A stretch of 35,470 nucleotides of DNA from assembly GCF_004010195.1 (NCBI RefSeq), contig NC_057754.1, positions 2,440,994-2,476,463 on the forward strand, written 5' to 3'. Position numbers and translations under genes: made by a program. A model generated the notes under the pieces. That model saw only the letters and a list, made by a program, of their open reading frames with translations, had not been told where the DNA came from and did no database searches. Shown here one piece after another: positions 20,656 to 32,629 of this stretch. The stretch comes from Chiloscyllium plagiosum (taxonomy: Eukaryota). Numbering within the stretch: the stretch's first letter is position 1; each line of letters opens with the position of its first letter.

Positions 20656-22213
20656 GCACAGTAGCATGGATGGAATCAATCCAGGGTCCCTGGTGCTGTG
20701 AACTAGTGGTGCTTATCAACAGATGTCAGTAAACGGGGATAGACAATCCCAGTTGGTGCTGGCTACTCGTGGCTGGAATTATAGTTATTTATAATTTGTC
20801 CTGGATGGTAGTTTTACTGCTTTATTTGCTTTCCTAGCGCTGCTGCCAAGGGGCAAGGTCATGATGTAACAATGGGTTTAGGCATTTGCTGTTTTTTAAC
20901 CAATGTCCAGGCGAAACCTACAACACAGACAGCAGGAAGATGGAGAGTGAGCAGGGGAAGCAGTGTGCTAGAGTGTACACAGGCTCAAACACTGAAGGTT
21001 AAAATAGCTGATGTCAATTTATAATCAGACCTGCATTCCAGAGCTGGCTCAGCCCTGGCAGCACCAGCATGCAATTAACACTGCGCCCAGACACTCACTC
21101 CCTTTGGATATCAAAGCCCACATAGTGAACCAAAGCAAACCTCAGGAGATGCCGAAAACCAGCAAGGGAGCAGACGGGGATGGGGAGCACAATTCAGGAC
21201 AGGCAGCGTCTGTGCAGGAGGGTGCACAGATTTCCTCTGGTGTGGACTTTTCATCAAAACAGCATTGCGATAACTTGCATTTTCAGAGCCTCTTCAATGT
21301 TGTTGAAAGTCTTAAAGCATTTCAAAGGCGTGTAAATCAGCTCAGATTTTCCAAGGGACCGCTTGAGGAGATATCAGGAGAGAGTGCCAAAACACTTGAT
21401 CAAAGTTTTCAGGAGGCATGAAAGATTAGGTGCAAGTTTTAGAGAGGGGATTCCAGAAATTGCTAACTGGAGAACCAAGTATATGGATTTCAGTGGCAGG
21501 ATGAATGAAATCATTGACAGACAAACCCTGAACACCTTCATCCTTAGTTCACTGTGAAGGTCACCCCTCAGCTTCCAACACTCCAGGAGAAAAAGCTCTG
21601 GACTAGTTGGATCAAAGCTAAATTGAAATATCCTGAGGGCCCAGATCAGACCACAGTGAAACTCTGCCTGTCTCTGTCTCTCCTCCTCCACCCTTGGCAC
21701 TGTGGAGAGCCTTCATTGGTTATTATCAGCCTGTCTTTTGAATTGCCAATACTGTCGCTGCTTAAGCTCCTGCCAAACCATTGGCACGCAATGGAGTTTG
21801 CCACTGTCATAGTGCTCAGTCATGCCTGTGTGTTCAGCCTGTCGCTGAGCTGTGCAGTGGAAAAGCCTGAATCTCCAGCTGATTTTCTTGGAGCTGTCTC
21901 GCTTGGCTTTTGCCATGTGCATCCCTTTAACCTCTCCGTAAGCTGCCCTGACCACTGACTGAGTGTGTCAATTAACCCAGAACATTGCAGCAGCTCATGG
22001 TACGGCCTTCTCAATGACTCGGTTTGTTCGAGTTAGTGAATAACTGTACCATGCAGCCCGTGACAATCCCAGCTTGAATTCGCTGTTTGTACTGAATTTG
22101 CTGAGAGCCAGTATTTGGGACATGATAATTGGTCCCAGCGCTGCGCAGACAACGGAAGGGAGGAATCAGTTTAAGCTCCTGCTTCCGATTCCTAACCAGT
22201 GAGTCTGTGGGAA

Positions 22214-22562
22214 GTGGTGTAATGGTAATGTCACTAGACTAGAATATAGAGACCCAGGTTAATGCTCTGGGAACATGGGTCCAAAATTCCACTACGGAAG
22301 CTCATGGAATTTAAATTCAAATGAAGTAATAAAATCCAGAATTGAAAACTGGTCTTGGTGATGGTGAACCTGTGAAATCCCGCCTGGGCCACTAATGTTC
22401 CTTCGGGAAGGAAATCTGCCCTCCTTACCTGGTCTGGCGTAGCCATGACTCCAGACCCACAGCAATGAAGTTTATTCTGAACTGCACTCTGGGCAATTAG
22501 GGATGGACAATAATCGCTGGCCTAGTCAGTGAAGCCCACAGTCTAAGAATCAGTAATAAAAA
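22214..22562 (+). mobile_element. tRNA-derived SINE whose 3' tail is shared with the 32.6-34.3 kb LINE
   Basis: A-box-like TGGTGTAATGG, B-box-like GGGTCCAAAATTCC, tail GGGCAATTAGGGATGGACAATAATCGCTGGCC, A-rich end. Confidence 0.8.
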
Positions 22563-22570
22563 ATGTCACT

Positions 22571-22974
22571 GTCATAGAGTCATTCAGCACGGAAACAGAC
22601 CCTTCGGCCCACCCAATCCACGCCGAACATAATCCCAAACTAAACTAGTCCCACCTGCCTGCTCCTGGCCCATATCCCTCCAAACCTCATGTACTTATCC
22701 AAATGTCTTTTAAATGTTGTAATTGCACCCTGCCACTTCCTTTGGAAGTTCATTCCACACACGGACCACTCTCTGTGTAAAACCGTTGCCCCTTCTGTCT
22801 TTTTAAAATCTCTCTCCTCTCACCTTAAAAATGTGCCTCCTACTCTTGAAATCTTCCATCCTAGAGAAAAGATGTCTACCATTAACTCTATCTACGCCCC
22901 TCATTATTTTATAAACTTCCATAAGGTTGCTTCTCAACCTCCTATTCTCCAGTGAAAAAAGTCCCAGTCTATCA
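22571..22974 (-). mobile_element. CR1-clade LINE 3' fragment
   Basis: DRLGLFSLENRRLRSNLMEVYKIMRGVDRV and CTCTATGAC tail. Confidence 0.93.
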
Positions 22975-23964
22975 AAGTACAAAAGCAACTTTTCTTATTA
23001 AGATTGGGTGTGATGGCCCTTGGACGGTCAGCCTAGAGTCACACGTACTGAGTGAATGTTGTAGTGTAGATTCCCAGTTTGCACGTCAGTGCCTGACAGG
23101 AGAATGTTTTTGCTGGAAATAAAGAGTAATTAAGTGCCTTTAGATTCACTAGCCTAATCTTCTGGATCCCCGGCTAAATCAAACTCTGAGAGAATTCAGC
23201 AATCAGGGAACAGAGACACAAGCACATCACAATGAGAAAACAGTGAGGGGCACAGTCAGTGAAAAGCAGCCAAGTTCCTGCTTTAGGTTTATCAGTTCCT
23301 ATCAGCATGAGCATCGTGGGCAGGTCATCTCCTGGTGGACAAAGAAAAGTTTGCAAAAAACAGCATTCGAGAAGGCGTTAATGTGATAGAGAAAGAAGTC
23401 CTTGCTTTTGAAGATTGATCATCTCCTACCATCTCTGTCTTTTTTTTTCCTTTCACTCTACCCCCAAGAGGCTCTGACAGGCTGCGGGCTAAATGAGAAG
23501 TGAAATTGCATCCAGCTGCAATCTCATGCACCAGCACCACAGTGATCATTCCAATTGTCAGTTAACTCCCGCAACACTGGATTGATTGGAGCCAGGAGGA
23601 GGGACTCTCAGGAGCAGGTTAAATCCCTGAGTATCTGGAAGGACCAAGTGTCTCACAACTGACAACAGGTCTGTGGAAACTGGATGACAGTATAGCCCTG
23701 AGGTGCTGTTTTCTGGACAAGCCTCTGAAGTCAATGGCCCCATTTTCCTCTCAAGCAGATACAGAAAGAAATCCCTTAGCAGGATGATGAGCAGAGGAGG
23801 CTCAAGTCCCTGATTTTACGACAGACTCTCTGGTCACCGTCATTATCTCTGGTCATTACTGATACATTATTTGTAAACTGCTCGCAAGGCCATATCGAAT
23901 TAAACAAGTTTATCTAGAGAAGCATAGAAAGGTTGAATTGAATTAGCTTTAAAGACAGCTTCCG

Positions 23965-24696
23965 AATGGCTGTACATTGGGAGAGGGGAGTGTTCAGCGG
24001 GAGCTGGGTGTCCTTGTGCACCAGTCGCTGAAGGTAGGGATGCATGTGCAGCAGGTGATAAAGAAGGCAAATGATATGTGGGCCTTCAATACAAGAGGTT
24101 TCAAGTACAGGAGCAGGGATGTGTTGTTGCAGTTATACAGGGCCTTGGTGAGGCTATGCCTAGAATATTGTGGGCAGTTTTGGTCTCCTTTTCTGAGGGA
24201 GGATGCTCTCACTCTTGAGGGAGTGCAGTGAGAGTTTCCCAGCTAATTCTGGGGATGGTGGGACTGACATATGAGGGGAGATGGATTAGTTTAGGATTGT
24301 TTTCACTGGAGTTCAGACGAGTGAGGGAAGATCTCATACAGACGTATAAAATTCGAAAGGAACAGGGTAGATGCAGGGAGGATGTTCCCGATAGTGGGTG
24401 TGTCCAGAACTAGAGGCCACAGTCTGAGGATTCAAAGTAGACCGTTTAGGATGGAGATGAGATATTTCTTCACCCAGAGAGCGTGAGCCTGTGGAATTCA
24501 TTAATACAGGGAATAGTTGGTGCCAAATCATTGAATGTATTCAAGAGTCAGCTAGATATAGCACTTGGGGCGAAAGGTTATGGGGAGAAAGCAGGATCAG
24601 ACTATTGAGTTGAACGGTCAGCCATGATTGTAATGAATGGCGGGGCAGGCTCAAAGGGCTGAATGGCCTCCTCCTGCTCCTATCTTCTATGTTTCT
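23965..24696 (+). mobile_element. CR1-clade LINE 3' fragment
   Basis: VQRELGVLVH...LYRALVRLCLEYCGQFWSP, LGLFSLEFRRVREDLIQTYKI, tail GGGCTGAATGGCCTCCTCCTGCTCCTAT. Confidence 0.93.
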
Positions 24697-25445
24697 CCTC
24701 ATTGACTCAATTCAAACGTCTCACCTCGATTCCGTTTCCCCTTGACCATCTCTGCACTGACAACAACCCAGCATCTCCAGTCTCTCCTGCAGCCCCTCAT
24801 TCCTGTGACTGAGTAAATCTCTCTCCAAACTCTCACCTTAACATTCTTCATGAAGTGAAGTGCACAGTCAGAACTGGGCACACTGTTCTGGCGGAGGCCA
24901 GGGTTTTGTCTAGGAGACCAATCACGGTTTTGAACAACCAAAAACCACGTTTGTTTTTAATCAAAAATGGTGCAATGTTCTACATATATCCTGTCTCCTG
25001 TGGCCTAGCCTAGCCTGAAATCACATACTGGGTCACCTTCACAGGCTATAAATTCAGCCAAAATCATCACATTGAAAGCACAAATTTGATTTGTTTCTAT
25101 TTAGACCATTATATAAGGCCATCTCAGCCCCATTAATAAGTACACTTTCTCTAACCTTTGTTTTTTCACAACCCGTTGGCACAGGGCACCAATAAATGTA
25201 GAGACAGGCTGTGAGATAACAGCTGCTAACCTCCCCACTGAGAATGAGAACCTGGGAGAATTTACACGACTGTGGTTGTCCAAGGGAAACCAGCTCAGGA
25301 TCTTTGTGCTGAATAATGAAGGGCAAAGCAGAGGGAGAGGAGAACGTGTGCTGTGATTTACAACAAAAGCTGCAGGTACCTGCTGATAAAATGCGAAACC
25401 CATTGCAATGTTCAAATTCACCACCATGAGCTGCTTTTTTTTTAC

Positions 25446-25540
25446 AGCAAAAGCAGAAACTGGTGGAAAAGCTCAGCAGGTCTGGCAGCATCTGTGGAGA
25501 GAAAGCAGTGATAACATTTCAGTTCGAATAACTTAGAACT
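25446..25540. mobile_element. Single arm of a Penelope-derived palindromic family
   Basis: GGAAAAGCTCAGCAGGTCTGGCAGCATCTGTGGAGAGAAAGCAG matches 31680-31727. Confidence 0.8.
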
Positions 25541-25559
25541 GTGTATTTTTAATCCTTCT

Positions 25560-25822
25560 GTATAAGTCCTGAGTTGGGCCACAGATTGAGTACAATGTGG
25601 TTTGAGTACATGACAGACAGGATGTGATTATGGTAGGCAGGGGTCAGAGAAGATTTACAGGATGTTCCCAGCACTGGATAGTTGGGCTCATTCTTCTCAG
25701 AACTTGGGTAAGGGGAGATTTCCTTCAGATGTACAAAGTCTGTAAGCTACTTGAATGCAATGGAGGAGAAGAGCTGATATACCTTACCGAGGAGATCATT
25801 GACTAAGAGCCTAGATTGAAGG
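25560..25822 (+). mobile_element. Highly decayed CR1 fragment
   Basis: AGGGGTCAGAGAAGATTTACAGGATGTTCCCAG; LRTWVRGDFLQMYK. Confidence 0.65.
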
Positions 25823-25827
25823 TGTCT

Positions 25828-26415
25828 GACACCATCCAGGACAAAGCAACCTCTTGCTTGGCACCTCATCTGGCTCTTTCAACGTCCACTCTGTCCACCA
25901 CTGATGTTCAATAGCAGCAGCAGTGTCCATCTTCAGTAAATGTCGATGAAATCATGAGGGGTATAGACAAGGTGAATGGCAGGTGTCTTTTCCCTAGACT
26001 GGGGGGATTTGAAGACTAGGGCATGGAGAGGAGAAAGGTTTAAAAAAGACATGAGAGGTAATGTTTTTACACAGAGGGTGGTTCACATGTGGAATGAACT
26101 TCCTGAGAAAGTGGTCGGTGTGGGTATGGTTACAACATTTAAAAGACATGAATAGGAAAGGTTTGGAGGGTTATGGGCCAAGAGCAGACACCTGGGACTA
26201 GTTTAGTTTGGGGATTATGGTGAGCATGGACTGATGGGGTTGTTTCCATGCTGTATGACTCCACAAGATGTACTGCAGAAATTCACCAAGGCTCCTTAGA
26301 CAGCATACCGCGATCACTTCCATCTAGAAGAAGGGCAGCAGATACATCAGCTCCTACAAGTCCCCCTCTGAGCCATCACACTACCCTGACTCAGAAATAT
26401 ATCACTGTCCCTTCA
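25828..26415 (+). mobile_element. Second-family LINE fragment (25828-25935 and 26262-26415) split by a CR1 3' fragment (25948-26261)
   Basis: GACACCATCCAGGACAAAGCA...AGCAGCAGTGTCCATCT resumes as ACAAGATGTACTGCAGAAATTCACCAAGGCTCC (compare 33600-33735). The middle part matches 6500-6860. Confidence 0.8.
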
Positions 26416-26489
26416 AAACCCATAAGACTCGACCCCCAATATTTGCAAGACAGACCTGTTGTGTTTTACACAGCTTGGGAGTCCGTTGT

Positions 26490-26813
26490 TTAGATTAGAT
26501 TACATTACATTACATTACAGTGTGGAAACAGGCCCTTCGGCCCAACAAGTCCACACCGACCCGCCGAAGTGCAACCCACCCAGACCCATTCTCCCACATT
26601 TACCCCTTCACCTAACACTACGGGCAATTTACCATGGCCAATTCACCTGACCTGCACATCTTTGGACTGTGGGAGGAAACCGGAGCACCCGGAGGAAACC
26701 CACGCAGACACGGGGAGAACGTGCAAACTCCACACAGTCAGTCGCCTGAGGCGGGAATTGAACCCCGGTCTCTGTGAGGCTGCAGTGCTAACCACTGTGC
26801 CACCGTGCCGCCC
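26490..26813 (-). mobile_element. Near-intact HE1-type V-SINE
   Basis: Minus strand GGGCGGCACGGTGGCACAGTGGTTAGC (A box), GGTTCAATTCC (B box), V-domain, CR1-like tail and (TGTAA/TCTAA)n end. CpGs are retained. Confidence 0.96.
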
Positions 26814-27074
26814 ACAATAGGTGTGTGGCTATTTTACCCTGGCTTAGGTCACACAGAAGTGCAAGAGCCCCAGGAAGGTAATCTCTCATTATGGAGGCCT
26901 CATTGTCCCAGTTTGTTTGAATTATAGGATATTTCCTCCTCCGGGTCAGTTTGAGTGGGCCGTTTGCCCACCTTTTGACCCATAACGTCAGGCTGGTTCA
27001 GTCACTCCATTGCAGAATTTATATGCTCAGTGGTGTAGGCCCATTGCTGAGTCGTTATACTCACAACCACAGTA

Positions 27075-27142
27075 AGTCGGACTGGAAGCCGGGTCTCCTG
27101 GCTCAGAGGCAGGGTCACTGCCACTGTACCAACAACGCTCCC
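27075..27142 (-). mobile_element. tRNA-like SINE head, decayed
   Basis: Minus strand TGGTACAGTGG (A-box-like)...CTCTGAGCCAGGAGACCCGGCTTCCAGTCC (B-box-like). Confidence 0.5.
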
Positions 27143-27487
27143 TTCTTGTCTCAGAGATGTGCTGTTGCTCAAGGACAGAACAGTGGACAGAAGTGAGAGA
27201 CAAATTCTCATTTTACTGGATATGCACAATTCCATTGTCCTTCAGTAAAGCTGAATGTGATTCACTGAAGATTTTGACTCAGGGTACATCTACCTTTTGG
27301 CAGTCAGGTTCTAACCTTGTGACAGTGTTGGAGCTCAAACAGATCGCTTCAATTTCAAAGACATGTAGAGCCTTACTGACTTTAAGAGTAAGCTTAAAAC
27401 AGTGATATCTACTCTGCCTGTTCTCCCCCAACCCGAACCCTCGTTCTAACCCTGCCCTAGCCCCCACTACGGTTCATATTTCCCCCA

Positions 27488-28280
27488 AACACAATCACAC
27501 ATAGGCACATGAGCAAATTTCACATTCCGACACAGAAACACTAATTCGTGAGCAGTTCTGGATGAACACAAACACATGAAAGCTAACAGAACACTTCAGC
27601 AAGCACAGCCAATTGACAATGGCAGACATACACACGCATGCACACTGAAACAGACACGCACACTGACAAACCAACACACGCTGAGATACACAGACACACG
27701 CACACACTCATTCACACACACATACACCCACTTAAACTCCCATACTTACACATTCTCTCTCACTCATACATGCTGACAAAAGCACACAAAGACACACACT
27801 GAAACACATGTAGACACTGACACACACACAAACTCACACTAACACAGATACACACTAACACACACACTGACACACACAAAACATTGACAAAACATGAACT
27901 GACATACACTCATCGTGACACACACACACACACTTTCTCTCTCACACACTGACATCCACACACAGACGCAGTTACACACACACATACTGACACTGAAACA
28001 CACACCAAAGCACAGGAATACACTCATATACACACTGACTCACACACAGAGGTGCACGCACACACACTCAATGCAGCACAGGTACACTCTTGAGCACAAT
28101 GCCATACTCTCACACAGACACATAAACACACATGACACACAGTCACAAACACACATGCTGACATGCACACAAATATACACACATACAGACACACAGTTAA
28201 ACTCATACTGAAACATACAAACTGATCTCCACACATTGACACACATATAACATATCCATACATGAACGCACGCACACACA
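27488..28280. repeat. Degenerate (CA)n-rich low-complexity tract
   Basis: Interrupted CA/ACAC runs; translates to H/T-rich and C/V-rich pseudo-ORFs. Confidence 0.93.
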
Positions 28281-29000
28281 ATGTGATTTCTGCAAATGTA
28301 GTGTCCCATTTCAAATTCCTCCAGGAATGCATCAGCACATAAGTCAAACAAAGAATTAATTAAGGTTCGGATTAAAATAAACCTGATTAGAGAAGCAGGT
28401 CTGCTGATTTAAACATTTTGTTGTTGTGTTAAACGTTATGCTGTAAGCCATAGCTAACGAGGAATCAATACTTTTACACTGTTTGAGTGCCAATTAGTCA
28501 CAAATCTCTGATAGATTCACAACAGAGGAACCAAGTGGGATTTATATAGTTGAAGAGATTTGTTAACATTCAGTTTGCAGCAATCTGCATTCTGCATTTG
28601 AAAGCTATGTATATTTTAAAAACTGTTAGAAGTTATCGACTTAAGGGAACAGCAATAATTATGACATAAAGCCATGTTGCAATCAATTCAAGTTCTAACA
28701 TGTACAAAGCCAGTAAATCAGTGTTACCGGGGTCTCTCAGTGAGGAGAACCTTCTCTTGGACCTGACCTCCGCACAGATACTAAGTGGAAGGCCTTACTG
28801 ATGCTGTCTGCCACCTTTGGTGTTTGTACAGAACACAATAGGTCTTGTAGCCACCTCAGTAAATGTGTCGACCTGAGGTCAGTCCCTTGAAAAAGCCCCA
28901 TTCCAGGAACTTAAATGGAACTTGCCCATGTCTTGTTAAAGTTTGGGAGGATGAGCGTCTTAGGTGGCAACTGAACAGGTAAACTCATCCTGTGAGTCTA

Positions 29001-29176
29001 CTGGGAGGAAAGACGCACCAACACCAGCATTTTCGACTAGGCCAACATCCCCAGCGTCAAGATACTGACCCCCCACTCACTCACCTTGTTCGGCTGCAAT
29101 GGGCTGGGCGCATTATCTATGTGACCAACACGAGATTCCCCAAACAGGTGCTCTACTCCCAGTTCCGAAACATGGA
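29001..29176 (+). mobile_element. RTE-clade LINE C-terminal fragment
   Basis: WEERRTNTSIFD*ANIPSV and then RLQWAGRIIYVTNTRFPKQVLYSQ match the RTE motif W.D...N..VL...LRWAGHV.RM...R.PK..LY. Confidence 0.75.
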
Positions 29177-29195
29177 TAAAAGAGCTGAGTTCCAG

Positions 29196-29560
29196 AGGTG
29201 AGGTCAGAGTGACAGTCCTTGACATTTGACCGAGTGTGGCATCATGGAGCCCGAGCGAAGCTGGAGTCAATGGGAATCAGGGGGAAAGCTCGCAGCTGGT
29301 TGGAATCATGTCTGGCACAGAGGAAGATGGCAGTGGTTGTTGGAGCACACAATGTTCAGCACCCTCCGTAACGTCTCAGAGACTGAAACAGTCCATGTTC
29401 AAATGCTAAAGATCTGGACAATAATGGCATTGTGGGTGTCCCAACACCACACAAACTGCAACGGTTCAGATAGGCAGCTCACCATCACCTTCTCAAGGAG
29501 CAATTAGGGATGGGCAGGAAATGCTGGGCCCAACCAGCAACACCCACATCTCCTGAACGA
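29196..29560 (+). mobile_element. Heavily deleted copy of the second LINE family
   Basis: AGAGTGACAGTCCTTGACAT, CACAATGTTCAGCACC, AAGATCTGGACAATA and TCTCAAGGAGCAATTAGGGATGGGCA all align to 32945-34290. Confidence 0.8.
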
Positions 29561-29626
29561 ACTGTAGAAACATTAACATGGGATAAAGCAGGTATTGCAG
29601 CATCAGGTAGGGAAAGCCCTGGTGGA

Positions 29627-29755
29627 TTTGATTTGATTTATTATTGTCGTATGTACCAGGGTACAGTGAAAGGTTTTGTTATGTGTGCAGTACAGGCAGG
29701 TCATACCATACAAAGTGCGTAGGGTAATAGAACCGAGTGGAGAATACAATGTTAA
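29627..29755 (-). mobile_element. Rex1/Babar-like LINE 3' end (tentative)
   Basis: Minus strand ends TTTCACTGTACCCTGGTACATACGACAATAATAAATCAAATCAAA, a tail type recalled for Rex1 elements. Confidence 0.45.
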
Positions 29756-30360
29756 CATTGGCACCCACCACCCCCTCCGGTCGCACAGCCTGCCAGTTTT
29801 GTCACGACTGGCTTCAGATGGTTTTTAATTCAGCATAGCTCCCTATTAACCAGCTGCTGCTCTTGCAGCTCATCACGGGGAGGGATGCTGTGCCTCTTTG
29901 GAGAGGTCATAAAGCTCAAGAAGCTGACTGTCTGCAGCCCAGGGGTTTTCAGCTCCGTTAGAGCGGCAGCGAGGCATTCAACTCAAACATAAACCTTTGA
30001 AACCTGCAGTCTGTGTCCCCGCCCCTCACACACGAGCTGCCAGTGAATTCATTCACATTCGTCCCCTTTTCCCCGAAGAATTGGATCCCTGTTTGTGCAT
30101 ACCGGCTATCTTTGGCTTTGACCCCAGGAGGAACGGTCTGGGTTGTGTGTAGAATCAGCCACTCAGATTGACTATTGTTGCTGTTAAGTCGAAGGGTGGG
30201 TGGGAGAAGGATTCAGCGTGGAAGAGTGTCCGACTTTGTCCTAAAGCTGCCCTTGTTGCTGTTTTGAGGCCGTGCGGAAATCAGATTCCCAGTCTTCACA
30301 CCAAGGGCATGGATGCTACTAGTGAGGCAGGGCAAGAGCATTCAAGCAGAGGCACGGCAA

Positions 30361-31422
30361 CACAGATACTGGAGACCTGAAACCAAAACAGAAATTGCTG
30401 GAGAAACTCAGCAGCATCTGTGCAATCATTCATATAAGTGAATATAGGAGGAATGGTTAGTACGTTTGCAGATGACACCAAAATTGGGGTGTAGTGGACA
30501 GTGAAGAAGGGACCTCAGAGTGCAAAGGGACCTTGATCAGATGGGCCAATGGGCTGAGGAGTGGTAGATAGAGTTTAATTTAGATAAACGTGAGGGGCTG
30601 CATTTTGGAAAGGCAAATCAGGACAGGACTTAGACACTTAACAGGCCCTGGGGAGTGATACTGAACAAAGGGTATTTGGAGTGCAGGTTCATAGCTCCTT
30701 GAAAGTGGAGTCGCAGGTAGATAGGATGGTGAAGAAGATGTTTGGTACATATGCTTCTATCAGTCAATGCATTGAGTATAGGAGTTGGGAGGTCATGTTG
30801 TGTCTGTACAGGACATTGGTTTGGTTACTTTTGGAATACTGTGTGCAGTTCTGGTCTCCCTGCTATAGGAAAGATGTTGTTAAACTTGAAAGGATTCAGA
30901 AAAGGTTTACAGGGATGTTGCCAATGTTGGAGGGTTTGAGGTATAGGGAGAGACCGAAAAGGCTGGGGTTGTTTTCCCTGGAGCGTCGGATGCTGAGGGG
31001 TGACCTTATAGAGGTTTGTAAAATCATGAAGGGCATCGATAGGGTGAATAGCCAAGGTCTTTTTCCCCAGGGTGAGGAGTCTAGAATGATAAAGTAGAGG
31101 TTTAGGGTGAGAGGGGAAAGATAATAAAAGAGACCTAAGGGGCAACTTTTTCATGCAGAGGGTGGTGCGTGTTCAGAATGAACTGCCAGAGGAAGTGGTG
31201 GAGGCTGGTACAATTACAGCATTTTAAAGGCATCTGGATGAGTATATGAATAGGGAAGGATTTAGAGGGATATGGACCAACTGCTGGCAAATGGAATTAG
31301 ATTAATTTAGGATATCTGGTCAGCGTGGACGAGTTGGACCGAAGGGTTTTTTTTCTGTGCTGTATGTAAGTGAGAAACAGAGTTAATATTTCAAGTCTGA
31401 TATGATTCTTTTTCAGAACTGA
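30361..31422. mobile_element. Penelope-derived arm (30361-30422 and about 31370-31422) split by CR1
   Basis: TGCTGGAGAAACTCAGCAGCATCTGTG resumes as GAGAAACAGAGTTAATATTTCAAGTC...TTTTCAGAACT; contiguous in the 31675-31745 copy. Confidence 0.75.
30437..31366 (+). mobile_element. CR1-clade LINE RT/3' fragment with FADD motif
   Basis: TTTGCAGATGACACCAAA (FADDTK) at 30465; LYRTLV..LLEYCVQFWSP, LERIQKRFT, LGLFSLERRMLRGDLIEV; stops and frameshifts present. Confidence 0.96.
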
Positions 31423-31665
31423 AAAGGTTTGAAACATGATGGTTCTCATATTGTTGGTGTGGAGTAAGCTTGCACACTCATTCATTGTCTAGGTAGCTGA
31501 TCAGGATGAAGAAACTAATTTGCAGATAAATAGAGACTTCACAAGGGACAGGGAATGTAATTAAGATTTGATGGAAGGATTAGTATCAGTGATGCAAAAT
31601 GCTGCTCGTTAAGCACACAATTGAAGGAACGGAATTGATAAAGAGAAATGCTAAAAGGGAATTAT

Positions 31666-31905
31666 AAACAGAAAGTGCTGGAGAAACTCAGCAGGTCTGG
31701 CAGCATCTGTGGAGAGAGAAACAGAGATAACCTTTTGAGCCCATTGACTCTTCTTCCTCCCTGTTTCTGCAGTTCCTCACCAGCAGTTCTGAAGAAGTCA
31801 TCCCAGAATCGAAACAGAAACTCTGTTTCTCTCTCCACAGACATGTAAGGCGTGCAGAGTTTCTCCAGAACTTCCTATATTAATTTCAGATTTCCAGCAT
31901 TTTTG
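31666..31905. mobile_element. Decayed palindromic Penelope-derived element with hammerhead remnant
   Basis: TCTGTGGAGAGAGAAACAGAG versus CTCTGTTTCTCTCTCCACAGA (21-bp perfect inverted repeat); CTGAAGAAG...CGAAAC at about 31789-31815. Confidence 0.82.
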
Positions 31906-32247
31906 TTTTTATTTGACACTAAAAAGGAGAGTAACAGCAGAGAATCAATATGAAAAGATATCGTTTTAAGCTTACAGTGCTATAGGCCGGCCGTCAGTGT
32001 GCTGGCATCTACATCTGACTGTTACCATCCATCTCACTCCTTCCAAGCCAAAAGATCTTATGTTGCAGGATGGAACTATATTAGTCAGAGCTCACCAAGA
32101 TCATTGGGTGTAATTCAGGTTGCCATGGAGATATAGAATAGAGTTATCTATTCAAGAGAAAGAACATTATTGTGCCTGACTGGTTGAATTCAATGCCTAT
32201 CTCAGTGAGATGGACGGGGGCTAATTTGAGATGAACATTGCATCATA

Positions 32248-32489
32248 TGAGATGGATGTTGGGTTTGAATTTGTAACGGGTGAGCTGATCGTTGTGGGTG
32301 ACCCGTGAGTTGGATGTTGAGTTTGAACTTGTAATGGGTGAGCCGGTAATTGTGGACAACCCGTGAGTTGGATGTTGAGTTTGAATTTGTAATCGGTGAG
32401 CTGGTAGTTGTGGGTGACCTGTGAGTTGGATATTGAGTTTGAATTTGTAATGGGTGAGCAGGTCGTTGTGTTGGACCCGTGAGTTGGAT
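32248..32489. repeat. 58-bp tandem repeat, about 4 copies, followed by a GT-rich degenerate tail to about 32630
   Basis: TGGAT recurs at 32253, 32311, 32369, 32427 and 32485. Confidence 0.92.
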
Positions 32490-32629
32490 CTTGTGGAAGC
32501 TAGCATTCGCACTGGAGTGTGAGTTGGATGTTGAGTTTGATGTTGTGTTGGGCATGTTGGAAGTAACATTGGATGTTGTATTGGATGAGTTAGATATTGC
32601 TTTGATGTAATGTTGGGCATTGCTTTGGA

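Noticed and set aside
21011..21958. ORFs of 134-136 aa
   Set aside because: No recognisable domain or splice framing; they partly overlap decayed repeat sequence, such as a CR1 piece near 21550-21600.
23324..23418. Protein-like stretch HLLVDKEKFAKNSIREGVNVIEKEVLAFED*
   Set aside because: There is no polypyrimidine tract before the AG, the stretch is short, and the peptide is unrecognised.
26740..26813. tRNA genes at SINE heads (also about 9161, 8157, 22214, 34096)
   Set aside because: A and B boxes are present but run straight into SINE bodies; no full cloverleaf is evident.
27495..28351. His/Thr-rich and Cys/Val-rich ORFs
   Set aside because: These are translations of CA/TG low-complexity DNA.
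28808..28823. CTCF-like motif (AGGTGGCAG on the minus strand)
   Set aside because: The 5' half of the core mismatches, and such partial hits are expected by chance in 35 kb.
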